From the IMG/VR virus record IMGVR_UViG_3300017909_004140, positions 32,001 through 96,000 of that record: DNA of 64,000 nt; one strand, 5' to 3'. This document shows positions 19,495 to 27,836 of this stretch, in pieces (positions within the stretch are counted from its first letter, which is position 1; each line of letters begins with the position of its first letter). The stretch comes from a virus (lineage: Duplodnaviria > Caudoviricetes). The notes below the pieces were generated by a model, which was given only the letters and a program-made list of their open reading frames with translations, searched no databases and was not told the origin of the DNA. Made by a program: the position numbers and the translations under genes.

Positions 19495-19522
19495 AAAAAA
19501 AGGGAGGTGAAATCACCTCCCT
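19495..19522 (-). terminator. Intrinsic terminator
   Basis: AGGGAGGTGA-AA-TCACCTCCCT stem followed by a T-run on the minus strand. Confidence 0.8.
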
Positions 19523-19546
19523 CTCATAGAGTATCTTATGTGTTAA

Positions 19547-19870
19547 TTAAAACTTGATTTTTCCGCCGATAACAGTTTCAGAGTGTTTGAAGCCATCATC
19601 AAAATCATTTTTCATATATAAAGTAACATTTCCTACAGGCTGAGCAAAATCTACTTCGTATTTAGAAATATTAAATTTCATGTTATCTGCTGTAGTATCT
19701 TTCATTGTTACACCAAAAGAAGCCATTCCATAACCGACAGAGCCGTATACAGAGTTAATTTCTGCTTCTAATTCTCTCTCTGTTCCAATAGTTAGATTAG
19801 GTTTAAGACCTTCTGCTAATACCGTAAGGGGGGTAGCTGCTAAAATAGTAGCAATAATTATTTTTTTCAT
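19547..19870 (-). CDS. Small outer-membrane beta-barrel-like protein
   Basis: Signal peptide MKKIIIATILAATPLTVLA, alternating beta strands, C-terminal IGGKIKF (terminal Phe). Confidence 0.6.
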   Translation of the reverse strand: MKKIIIATILAATPLTVLAEGLKPNLTIGTERELEAEINSVYGSVGYGMASFGVTMKDTTADNMKFNISKYEVDFAQPVGNVTLYMKNDFDDGFKHSETVIGGKIKF

Positions 19871-19927
19871 TATGTAACCTTTCATCTCATAAAAATACAC
19901 TTAATAGTTTTCTATTAAGTGTTAATA

Positions 19928-20386
19928 GTTGTGGCCCGTTCTGTTGCTAGGTGGTGCCATACCCCATTAGACTATGCCGCTAAGGGCATATCCATAGGTG
20001 CAAAATTATCGTTTGCAATTGTTTTATTCTTGCGGTTAAGGTCGCTTGCGCACCTGTCTCTCGATTTGATTTTTATTGAGTCTGTCGATCCTATTTCGCC
20101 CCCATCATAAAAGCACGCGTATCAAACAAAATTGCTCATAGTTTTCTTCAAATCCTGTTTCATAATCTGCAAGAGGAGCTCCATTACTTCCAGAAACCCA
20201 GAGTCTTCTGAAATATCCGTCATAGGAATCTTCTACTTGCTGAGGAGTTACTTTACGAAGGTCTCCCTTAACCATATAGTAAACTCTACATTTTTCTTTG
20301 AATGTTACCATGCGTTTATGGTGGAGGCGCCGGGTACCGCCCCCGGGTCCAGTCCGCCTATTCTATCTCTTCTCAAACGAGACAAT
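19928..20386 (-). ncRNA. ssrA: Permuted two-piece tmRNA: acceptor piece ~20386-20319, intervening segment 20318-20104, coding piece 20103-~19928
   Basis: GGACCCGGGGGCGGTACCCGGCGCCTCCACCA precedes GGGGGCGAAATAGGATCGAC. Acceptor stem GGGGGCG/CGCCTCC has G3:U70. Tag frame 20016-19972 reads ANDNFAPMDMPLAA*. Outer ends are approximate. Confidence 0.93.
20105..20311 (-). CDS. 68-aa hypothetical protein inside the tmRNA intervening segment
   Basis: ATG 7 nt after the CCA end; TGA ends 1 nt before the mature 5' G. Confidence 0.65.
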   Translation of the reverse strand: MVTFKEKCRVYYMVKGDLRKVTPQQVEDSYDGYFRRLWVSGSNGAPLADYETGFEENYEQFCLIRVLL

Positions 20387-20737
20387 TTATTCCTTGAAAA
20401 ATAGCTCTAGTTCGTCTAATATCCAAGTACTAATTTCTAAAGTACCAAATAATATAATTAGCATAAAAGGCACTATTATAAATAAAAATATAGTTAGCAC
20501 TATTTTTTGCCAGCGATTACATTTTTCTACATAAAAATGAGCAAATAGTCTTAATCCGGCTTTAATTTTTTCTTTTAACCAATCTCCGAAGAAATTACGA
20601 AAAAGTCGCATTACTATTAATATAGGAGAAGTTATAACATCCCATACAAGTAATACTACGTCTACTATTAGATCAATAATATGATCTATTGTAAACCAGT
20701 TTTTTATTCTGTTTTTGAAATTATTTTTGTAAACCAA
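20387..20737 (-). CDS. Hypothetical membrane protein
   Basis: Two hydrophobic segments. Confidence 0.6.
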   Translation of the reverse strand: MVYKNNFKNRIKNWFTIDHIIDLIVDVVLLVWDVITSPILIVMRLFRNFFGDWLKEKIKAGLRLFAHFYVEKCNRWQKIVLTIFLFIIVPFMLIILFGTLEISTWILDELELFFKE

Positions 20738-20994
20738 CGAGATTTGCCTAACTGTTCTTCTAGTTTGGCAGCTTGCACTCTAGCTTTAGAAAACGAATCA
20801 AATTTTGTGGGGTGTTGAACACCGTCTATTTCGTCACACATGAGTCCTATTTCGTCTGATTCAATACTGTGTATTTCTACTAAATAATAAACTTCTGTCA
20901 TTTTAACTTCTTCTTTTAATTTTTTAAAGTCTACTGTTTCTGTTTCTATTAAAACATGGATAGATTTAATAGACCAAGTTAGCTCATCAGACAC
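20704..20994 (-). CDS. Hypothetical protein
   Basis: ORF track; operon packing. Confidence 0.5.
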   Translation of the reverse strand: MSDELTWSIKSIHVLIETETVDFKKLKEEVKMTEVYYLVEIHSIESDEIGLMCDEIDGVQHPTKFDSFSKARVQAAKLEEQLGKSRWFTKIISKTE

Positions 20995-20996
20995 GA

Positions 20997-21197
20997 CTAT
21001 AACGACATTTCTTCTTTTTTACGTTCTAGTCTTTTAATTCTAGCTACCGCTTCTTTGTGTTTGATACGTCTTTTTTCGCCTTTAGTAATATGGTATCTTT
21101 TTTCTTTTAGCTTTTTAAAAATACCTTCTGTGTTTAATTTTCTACTAAGAATTTTGTAGGCTTTTCCCACATCATTATTTCGTACTTTAATATACAT
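20997..21197 (-). CDS. rpsU: Ribosomal protein bS21
   Basis: IKVRNNDVGKAYKILSRKLNTEGIFKKLKEKRYH.TKGEKRR. Confidence 0.88.
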   Translation of the reverse strand: MYIKVRNNDVGKAYKILSRKLNTEGIFKKLKEKRYHITKGEKRRIKHKEAVARIKRLERKKEEMSL

Positions 21198-21448
21198 TAT
21201 AAACCCAATTTTTGTAATGATTCCTTAATTGTTAGTTTAGACTCCAACTTCTTGTGTAGAGTATCATTTTTGTATACCATTACGCAAGGAAAAAGTGTGA
21301 TATTTAACTCACTAGCTTTTTCCGACTGATAATCGTATATCTCTGACTGTGTAATAGAGGGATGACGTTTTTTAATTTGACTAAATAATCGACTAATGTA
21401 GTCAAAATTATGTGGATTTTTATAGAATCCTACTAGTTTGTAATTCAT
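21197..21448 (-). CDS. Possible thioredoxin-like fold protein lacking CxxC
   Basis: ASELNITLFPCVMVYKND resembles the thioredoxin cis-Pro region. Confidence 0.4.
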   Translation of the reverse strand: MNYKLVGFYKNPHNFDYISRLFSQIKKRHPSITQSEIYDYQSEKASELNITLFPCVMVYKNDTLHKKLESKLTIKESLQKLGL

Positions 21449-21599
21449 ATTCGCTCTTGCCTATATGATAAGTTTTTGTTATTATATATTTAATGAGTTT
21501 TCTCTCTTTATTTTTAACTCAAATCTTAAATCATTATAGTATATTGATAACTAGCTGTCAATAACTTTCTTGATTAAAACAAAAAATACGCTTTTATCG

Positions 21600-21628
21600 T
21601 TGCTAGAAGCTTAAAAACAATATATAAT
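21600..21628 (+). promoter_or_regulatory. Sigma70-type promoter for the rightward operon
   Basis: TTGCTA-17-TATAAT. Confidence 0.65.
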
Positions 21629-21644
21629 AGGATTATAAAATAAA

Positions 21645-21836
21645 ATGTCAAAGTATTTAGAAGCAAAAACATACTTCAGAGATTTATCTAATAAAGGTAT
21701 AGCACAAGCAGATGAATTATTTGAAGAAGCAGAACAAATTAGAAGCTCATTGGGAGATATAGCATATGCCCATTTTATTATGAATTGCTATGACGATCTT
21801 TTCAATGTTCAATTACCGAATATCAAAAATAATTAG
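21645..21836 (+). CDS. Hypothetical protein
   Basis: ORF track; follows the promoter. Confidence 0.55.
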   Translation: MSKYLEAKTYFRDLSNKGIAQADELFEEAEQIRSSLGDIAYAHFIMNCYDDLFNVQLPNIKNN

Positions 21837-21845
21837 AGTAAATAA

Positions 21846-22979
21846 ATGAGACTAGAAGAAGACCTTAAATTAGACTATAAAGATGTATTAATTCGTCCAA
21901 AAAGATCTGTACTTGGTAGTCGTAAAGAGGTAGATCTAAAAAGAGGATTTACTTTTCGTAACTATAACGGCAGTAAAAAAAATGATAGACACTGGCGCGG
22001 TATTCCTTTAATGGCAGCAAATATGGACGGTGTTGGTACATTTGAAATGGCAGATACTTTGTCTGAGCATTACATTTTTACCTGTCTGAAAAAAACTTAT
22101 TCTGTTAGTGATCTCGTTATGTTTTTTGACACCAATACTTATTTGCGTACCGAGTATGTTGCGATGAGTATTGGTATCACAGAGAGCGACCATCAAAAGT
22201 TTCGTGATGTGTATGAACAAGCTGATACTAGTCTAAAATATGTTTGTATTGATGTGGCAAATGGATATAGTCAGAGATTTCTAGACTTTGTTAAGAATTT
22301 CAGAAAACTATACCCTAATATTGTAATTATTGCTGGTAATGTTGTTACAGCAGATCAAACACAGGAGTTAATTTTAAATGGAGCCGATATTGTTAAAGTG
22401 GGCATTGGCCCTGGGTCTGTTTGTACTACTAGGATTCAAACGGGTGTTGGTTATCCTCAGCTTAGTGCTGTTATTGAGTGTGCTGATGCCGCACACGGTC
22501 TTGGAGGTCACATCATTGCTGATGGCGGATGTACATGCCCTGGTGATGTGGCTAAAGCCTTCGCTGGCGGAGCAGATTTTGTAATGCTGGGTGGTATGCT
22601 TGCCGGACACGATGAAGGCGGTGGCGAAGTAATTACTAAAATTTATGAAACTAATGAAGTAACAAAAACTAATGACGGATTCTTTGAATCGGTTTATGAA
22701 GAACGTAAGTTTGTACAGTTCTATGGAATGAGTTCTAAAGCAGCTAATGAAAAGCATTTTGGAGGACTAAAAGAATACAGGTCTTCTGAAGGCAGAGAAG
22801 TGCTAATTCCATATAAAGGAGCAGTGTCTAGTACTATTCAAAACATATTAGGAGGAATTAGATCTGCTTGCACATATGCTGGAGCTGTTAGGCTAAAGCA
22901 TTTATCGTTGTGTACTACGTTTGTTCGGTGTACACAAACTCATAATTCTGTTTATGAGAGTAGTACTATTGGTGATTAA
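21846..22979 (+). CDS. guaC: GMP reductase (GuaC, E. coli type)
   Basis: [65 protein letters not shown]; no CBS domains. Confidence 0.95.
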   Translation: MRLEEDLKLDYKDVLIRPKRSVLGSRKEVDLKRGFTFRNYNGSKKNDRHWRGIPLMAANMDGVGTFEMADTLSEHYIFTCLKKTYSVSDLVMFFDTNTYLRTEYVAMSIGITESDHQKFRDVYEQADTSLKYVCIDVANGYSQRFLDFVKNFRKLYPNIVIIAGNVVTADQTQELILNGADIVKVGIGPGSVCTTRIQTGVGYPQLSAVIECADAAHGLGGHIIADGGCTCPGDVAKAFAGGADFVMLGGMLAGHDEGGGEVITKIYETNEVTKTNDGFFESVYEERKFVQFYGMSSKAANEKHFGGLKEYRSSEGREVLIPYKGAVSSTIQNILGGIRSACTYAGAVRLKHLSLCTTFVRCTQTHNSVYESSTIGD

Positions 22980-23001
22980 CCCATTTATAATAGGAGATAA
23001 A

Positions 23002-23277
23002 ATGGTAAAAAGTAAAGGGTTAGTATTTAAAGGTTTTTATTCTTTCAATGCATTAGTAGAAAATGCACCTTATCTAGTTAAATGGAATGCAAAAGAAGCA
23101 TTATCCTGGCTAGAAGAGGCACGTATGCTAGTAGAAACTGAGATTCAAGAAAAATCATATAACAAAGCAGTAGAACAAGTTAACAATTTTCTTGACTCTT
23201 ACGAAAAAAAATCTTATTATGATAAAAAAGAAGTTTGGGGAATCTATCCTTCTGACAGAGCAATTCCTTATTTTTAA
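23002..23277 (+). CDS. Hypothetical protein
   Basis: AGGAG SD before ATG 23002. Confidence 0.55.
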   Translation: MVKSKGLVFKGFYSFNALVENAPYLVKWNAKEALSWLEEARMLVETEIQEKSYNKAVEQVNNFLDSYEKKSYYDKKEVWGIYPSDRAIPYF

Positions 23278-23292
23278 TGCGGAGAACTATAA

Positions 23293-23655
23293 ATGATTAA
23301 TCCTTATGAGTTTGCTTTTAGAAAAGTAAAGAAAATAGTAAACTATGATGCTACTGAAGACGAGAAACTAGAAGCAGTAGATAAAACTATGGCTATTCTA
23401 GCTACCAAGGTTACTAGTAAGAGCTGGTTTTACTCTCATCCTTCTTTTAATGATAAATTTTATTCTGATAGAGGAACCTCAAAAACAGGAGATACTCTTA
23501 ATATGAATAATCCTTGGCATATTTTCTTTACTAATCTTCTTTTTAATATTAGCTCTATCACTGATGTGAAAAAAGAAATATGGTATCTAGAAAATAGTGT
23601 TAATTATAGAGATTGGATTGTAGAGAATGTCCGAAAAAAGAGAGTCGCATCATAA
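23293..23655 (+). CDS. Hypothetical protein
   Basis: GGAG SD; ORF track. Confidence 0.55.
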   Translation: MINPYEFAFRKVKKIVNYDATEDEKLEAVDKTMAILATKVTSKSWFYSHPSFNDKFYSDRGTSKTGDTLNMNNPWHIFFTNLLFNISSITDVKKEIWYLENSVNYRDWIVENVRKKRVAS

Positions 23656-23884
23656 TTTTATGATGAGAAAACTTAGAGAAATGTGGTCTACAGAAGAAGA
23701 GAACAAACGTTCTCTTCTAGGAGTTAATTTTAGAGGAGAACCAGAAAGTTTACTAAACTATGAAGTACCTCAATTAAGAGCAAAAATAGGAGAGCTTCGT
23801 GCAGAAGTAGAAGCTCTCAAAGCCGATAACGCTGAACTAACAAAATGTTATTATGAAGTTTTAAGGAAAATTGACGATGCCTGA
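23627..23884 (+). CDS. Hypothetical coiled-coil protein
   Basis: Heptad pattern in the C-terminal half. Confidence 0.55.
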   Translation: MSEKRESHHNFMMRKLREMWSTEEENKRSLLGVNFRGEPESLLNYEVPQLRAKIGELRAEVEALKADNAELTKCYYEVLRKIDDA

Positions 23885-24737
23885 AGGACCAGAATGCACT
23901 ATTGTAGCAAAACAACTTCATTCTTTTTCGGCTAATAAAAAATTAGAGAAAATTGAAATATTAACAGGCAGGTACACTAGAAAATTGCCTGATGGATATG
24001 AAGAGTTTTGTAAGAGATTACCAGAAACAGTTGCAGGAGTTTCTAATAAAGGCAAGTTTATTTATCTTATGACTGATGAAGGCTCTACTATTTTTATCAC
24101 TTTAGGTATGTCAGGTACTTTTAAGGTTCAAGATAATAAATACGCCCGTGTAAAGTTCTCTTTTGATGATAAATCAGAACTTTTCTATTCAGATATGAGA
24201 AATTTTGGAACATTAAAGTTTTTCACACCGGATAACGCAGAGGTTGCTCTAAAGAAAAAACTTTCTGAAATTGGCCCAGACATGCTAAATGATCCATGCC
24301 AATCCTCAGAATGGTTAAAAATTTGTCATAGACGGAAAACAAATTCTATGGTAAAATTCTTAATGAATCAAAAAAATATTTCAGGTGTAGGAAATATTTA
24401 TAAAAGCGAAGCACTGTTTTTAGCAGGTATTGATCCTAGAAAAACTATTGGTGCTTGTACTGATGATGAACTGCTAAAACTTTATAATGCAGTTAAGAAA
24501 GTACTCAAGACAAGTTTTGAGTCTGGGGGAGCAACTATTAGAAATTATAGTGACTTACATAACAATCATGGAAATTACATTCGATTTCCTTCTAACCCTA
24601 AAGAAATGTTGGAAGCCAGAAAAGAAGGTAAAGTAATGATTTATGGTAGAAAACAGGACATATATGGGAATGATGTAGTTAGACTACGATTAGATGATGA
24701 TAGAACTACATTTTTTTCTCCTAAAGTACAAAAATGA
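23877..24737 (+). CDS. Fpg/Nei DNA glycosylase-AP lyase (zincless finger)
   Basis: N-terminal MPEGPE, KGKF, LGMSG, DMRNFG, H2TH LMNQKNISGVGNIYKSEALF; C-terminal RTTFF..Q without the four Cys. Confidence 0.92.
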   Translation: MPEGPECTIVAKQLHSFSANKKLEKIEILTGRYTRKLPDGYEEFCKRLPETVAGVSNKGKFIYLMTDEGSTIFITLGMSGTFKVQDNKYARVKFSFDDKSELFYSDMRNFGTLKFFTPDNAEVALKKKLSEIGPDMLNDPCQSSEWLKICHRRKTNSMVKFLMNQKNISGVGNIYKSEALFLAGIDPRKTIGACTDDELLKLYNAVKKVLKTSFESGGATIRNYSDLHNNHGNYIRFPSNPKEMLEARKEGKVMIYGRKQDIYGNDVVRLRLDDDRTTFFSPKVQK

Positions 24738-25171
24738 ACTATAAAACCCTAAAAAATAAAATTGCAGAAATACTTTTGGATACTCCTGCTGACTTGTATG
24801 ATGATGAGAAAGGTATGCTATTTCAAACAGATACCTGGGAACTAGTGCAAGATAGAGAGAATCTAGAAGAAATAGATATCGAAGACGAAGACGAGGAGTT
24901 AGATTTAAAAGCAGTAGGCTCTGCTAATTTAATTGTAGCAAACACTCTTTTTAAAAAAGCTTTAAGTCAAAATGTAAGTATACTTGAAGAGCTAAAAAGA
25001 GTTTCGTCTAATAATATTATCTATGAAGCTAAAGAATCAGCAGACGAGCTATTCGAGCTAATTATGACTGATTTAGAAAATGAACGAGTAATTAGAAAAA
25101 AACCAGAAATTGTCAGACAAGGATTTAAAGTAGTAGGGGGAACTGATGTCGGAGTCAATAGTCCAGCTTGA
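24734..25171 (+). CDS. Hypothetical acidic protein
   Basis: ORF track. Confidence 0.55.
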   Translation: MNYKTLKNKIAEILLDTPADLYDDEKGMLFQTDTWELVQDRENLEEIDIEDEDEELDLKAVGSANLIVANTLFKKALSQNVSILEELKRVSSNNIIYEAKESADELFELIMTDLENERVIRKKPEIVRQGFKVVGGTDVGVNSPA

Positions 25172-25394
25172 TAAAGCTGAAGTAAGAAAAGCTATTAATA
25201 ACATTGTTGATGTAATGTATGAGATTGAATCAGCTAGAGAAACCATTAACGAAACTGTTAAGGAGCTTAAAGCTGAATATGGATTGAACCCTTCAGTGGT
25301 TAGAGCAGCAGCGTCAGCAATTCATAAAAGAAATAAAGAAGAGCTTGAAGAGAAAAATCAAGCAGTTCTTGAACTGGTTAGTCTATTTGATTAA
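25146..25394 (+). CDS. T4 DsbA/GapR-like dsDNA-binding protein
   Basis: Helical INETVKELKAEYGLNPSVVR pattern and size. Confidence 0.6.
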   Translation: MSESIVQLDKAEVRKAINNIVDVMYEIESARETINETVKELKAEYGLNPSVVRAAASAIHKRNKEELEEKNQAVLELVSLFD

Positions 25395-25561
25395 CTATAT
25401 CTTGGCATAACCCATGCCTAAAAAGTGGTAGCGTCGGGGAGAGACCCGAGGTATTGCTTTCCTCAAGCAAATATATAAATAAATAGGCCTGTGACATCTT
25501 GTCGCAGAGCCTATTTGCGCGTGTGCGTGTTTAACTAAATAATAATTTTTGCGAGGTAAAA

Positions 25562-25723
25562 ATGCTTAATAAACTAAAAGAACTTATGTCACTTAGTACA
25601 TACACATACAAAGATGACCTTAAAACTTGGGCACAATTAGAATATGGAAAAGACTGGAGATTTGCCTACAATTTTTTGGTAGATAATAACGGAAAACCGC
25701 CTAGAAAAGGAGAACACTACTAA
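25562..25723 (+). CDS. 53-aa hypothetical protein (not in ORF track)
   Basis: GAGGT SD; ...WAQLEYGKDWRFAY... Confidence 0.6.
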   Translation: MLNKLKELMSLSTYTYKDDLKTWAQLEYGKDWRFAYNFLVDNNGKPPRKGEHY

Positions 25724-25724
25724 C

Positions 25725-25877
25725 ATGAACAACCTACTACAAACACTGAAAAACATTTTTAAACCTAGAAACCATTTACATATGTTAATGATAGAAAAAT
25801 ACTTAGCAGAATCAACAGATTTAGTTGATTTAGAGCAAAGACAACAACAACTTGCAAGGAAAGGAATTTGGCTATGA
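25725..25877 (+). CDS. DUF3563-like small protein (not in ORF track)
   Basis: EKYLAESTDLVDLEQRQQQL; AGGAG SD; ATGA overlap with the next gene. Confidence 0.65.
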   Translation: MNNLLQTLKNIFKPRNHLHMLMIEKYLAESTDLVDLEQRQQQLARKGIWL

Positions 25878-26074
25878 CTACACTAGTATGGAATACTACA
25901 TGTGCTTTTTGTGAAGCTGTTGCACACTATTTAAACCTTTTTATTAAAAAAAGTAACAGCTTTTTCATTTCCGTAGGGTATGCTCGCGCAGCTTCACATT
26001 TAGCTGCTCAAGGATATCATAAAGAAGCTAAAGAACTTATGATGTATAAAAAAGAGGAGATCTCAAAACTATGA
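25874..26074 (+). CDS. Small hypothetical protein
   Basis: GYARAASHLAAQGYHKEAKELM; translationally coupled to both neighbours. Confidence 0.6.
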   Translation: MTTLVWNTTCAFCEAVAHYLNLFIKKSNSFFISVGYARAASHLAAQGYHKEAKELMMYKKEEISKL

Positions 26075-26499
26075 AAACACTTACCTTTTATTTAGCAGCT
26101 TTCAGTTTAGTATTTGCAGTTAGCTCTGCTAACGCAATGACAATTGAAATGCTTAATAAAGACGATGCTGGAAACAAGATGGTTTACAGCAAAGAATTGA
26201 CAAGAGTAGACGTAGGTGAAACAATCACCTGGATTCCAACTTCAAAAGGTCACAATGTCGAAATGATTGCGGGACCGGATGGAGCTGAACTTCCTAAAAA
26301 GTCTAAGAATGGTAAAGAAGTTTCTATGACTTTTGAAGTGCCAGGCATCTATTACTATTGGTGTACACCACACAAAGGCATGGGCATGATTGGCCTTGTC
26401 GTAGTGGGAGATGATACTTCAAATAAAAATGCAATCGCTAAGGCAAAAGCTTTAGGTAAGTCAAAGAAAAAACTTAAAACACTTTTAGGAGAACTATAA
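26071..26499 (+). CDS. Pseudoazurin-like blue copper protein
   Basis: Signal peptide; type-1 Cu ligands KGHNVE and YWCTPHKGMGM. Confidence 0.9.
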   Translation: MKTLTFYLAAFSLVFAVSSANAMTIEMLNKDDAGNKMVYSKELTRVDVGETITWIPTSKGHNVEMIAGPDGAELPKKSKNGKEVSMTFEVPGIYYYWCTPHKGMGMIGLVVVGDDTSNKNAIAKAKALGKSKKKLKTLLGEL

Positions 26500-26537
26500 T
26501 GTGGCCGTATACTGAAGAAGAAAATGAACAACTATCG

Positions 26538-26564
26538 GGGCGCCTATAAAGGCGCCCTTTCTTT
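26538..26564 (+). terminator. Intrinsic terminator
   Basis: GGGCGCCT-ataa-AGGCGCCC-TTTCTTT. Confidence 0.8.
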
Positions 26565-26609
26565 AATAAAATCCTTGCTAAAAAAACAAAATTACGGTAT
26601 ACTAACAGT

Positions 26610-27287
26610 ATGATAAATTTACATAAATACGACTACAAAACAACTATTAAAGCTGAGACGCTTACTACTGGAAGAACCTACTTTACTCCTGATGGAGACT
26701 ACGCAAGTATAACCACTCTTTTAGGCAAAACTGCTGATAAAGCATGGTTACAGGCTTGGATAGATAAAGTAGGTGAAGAAGAAGCTAGACGCGTATCAAA
26801 AGAAGCCACTGATAGAGGTACAATTGTACATGAAATAGCCGAACACTATTTTAACGGAGAAGATGTCACAGAAGAACTAGCAAAGCAAGAGCTTGTTACA
26901 GCTCAAATGACTCGTAATCTAATTCGTGCTGTGTCTACAGGGATAGAAGAAATTTGGGGTCAAGAAGCTGTATTATGGAGTAAAAAACTAAAATACGCAG
27001 GAAGATCAGATATGATTGGAATTTGGAAAGGCAAACCATCAATCGTTGATTTTAAAACTTCTCGCCGTAAGAAATATGTGAAACAGATTAAAGACTATTT
27101 TTTACAAGGAACTGCCTATGCTTTTGCCCATAATGAAATGTATGGGACTAACATTCGTAATTTAGCCATTGTTATTACTGTAGAAAATGGAGAACCACAA
27201 ATATTTGAATCAAATGCGGTTCATCATTTCCCTGACTTGAAAAATCGTATCCTTCAATTTCATAAAATGCAAAAAAATAAAAGTTGA
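26610..27287 (+). CDS. PD-(D/E)xK exonuclease (phage Cas4-like/MGME1-like)
   Basis: SITTLL, RGTIVH, E...YAGRSD...IVDFKTS, YFLQ..AY; apparently leaderless (TTGCTA-17-TATACT-6-ATG). Confidence 0.85.
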   Translation: MINLHKYDYKTTIKAETLTTGRTYFTPDGDYASITTLLGKTADKAWLQAWIDKVGEEEARRVSKEATDRGTIVHEIAEHYFNGEDVTEELAKQELVTAQMTRNLIRAVSTGIEEIWGQEAVLWSKKLKYAGRSDMIGIWKGKPSIVDFKTSRRKKYVKQIKDYFLQGTAYAFAHNEMYGTNIRNLAIVITVENGEPQIFESNAVHHFPDLKNRILQFHKMQKNKS

Positions 27288-27493
27288 CAAAGATGTGGAA
27301 AAAAGGTAAAAATTATATAGACAGAAAATTAGAAACTTATTTTATGAGTCGTCCAAATTTGACAGAGGCAGATGAGCGATTGATTCGTAGCTTAATCAAA
27401 GATCAGATGCGTTATGGCAAACTAACTACTAATAAATGGAATCTAGTTAAAAAACTATACGATCAGTATCAAGAAAAAGGAAGATATGGCTAG
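27284..27493 (+). CDS. Hypothetical protein
   Basis: ORF track; start uncertain. Confidence 0.45.
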   Translation: MTKMWKKGKNYIDRKLETYFMSRPNLTEADERLIRSLIKDQMRYGKLTTNKWNLVKKLYDQYQEKGRYG

Positions 27494-27836
27494 TGTACTT
27501 GAGCACCTACAAACTAAAAAGCTAACTTCGCTTGTAACTTTAACTGACACCGCAAAAGAGTATTTAACCACTGTAACCGATTTTGAAGATAAAAAATATG
27601 TTCATCTAACAGTTAACGGTGGAGGTTGTTCTGGTTTTCAGTATAAGTGGACTATGGTAGATGAGGTCGTAGAAGGAACCTTAATTGACAACATTTTAGT
27701 CTTAGATCAAATGGCTGAGATGTTTGTTTTAGGATGTACAATTGATTATGTAAAGGAATTAGGAGGATCATACCTCAAAGTGATCAATCCTAACGCTACA
27801 GCATCATGTGGTTGTGGTGAAAGTTTTGCAGTGTGA
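27486..27836 (+). CDS. HesB/IscA/ErpA A-type Fe-S carrier
   Basis: GGGCSGFQY and NPNATASCGCGESF. Confidence 0.93.
   Translation: MASVLEHLQTKKLTSLVTLTDTAKEYLTTVTDFEDKKYVHLTVNGGGCSGFQYKWTMVDEVVEGTLIDNILVLDQMAEMFVLGCTIDYVKELGGSYLKVINPNATASCGCGESFAV

Noticed and set aside
19919-20534. Plus-strand ORFs 19919..20110, 20132..20404 and 20298..20534
   Set aside because: They are antisense to the tmRNA, which explains the sequence fully.
26610-27287. Cas4 as part of a CRISPR system
   Set aside because: Stand-alone PD-(D/E)xK exonuclease without the Fe-S cysteines; no array or other cas genes.
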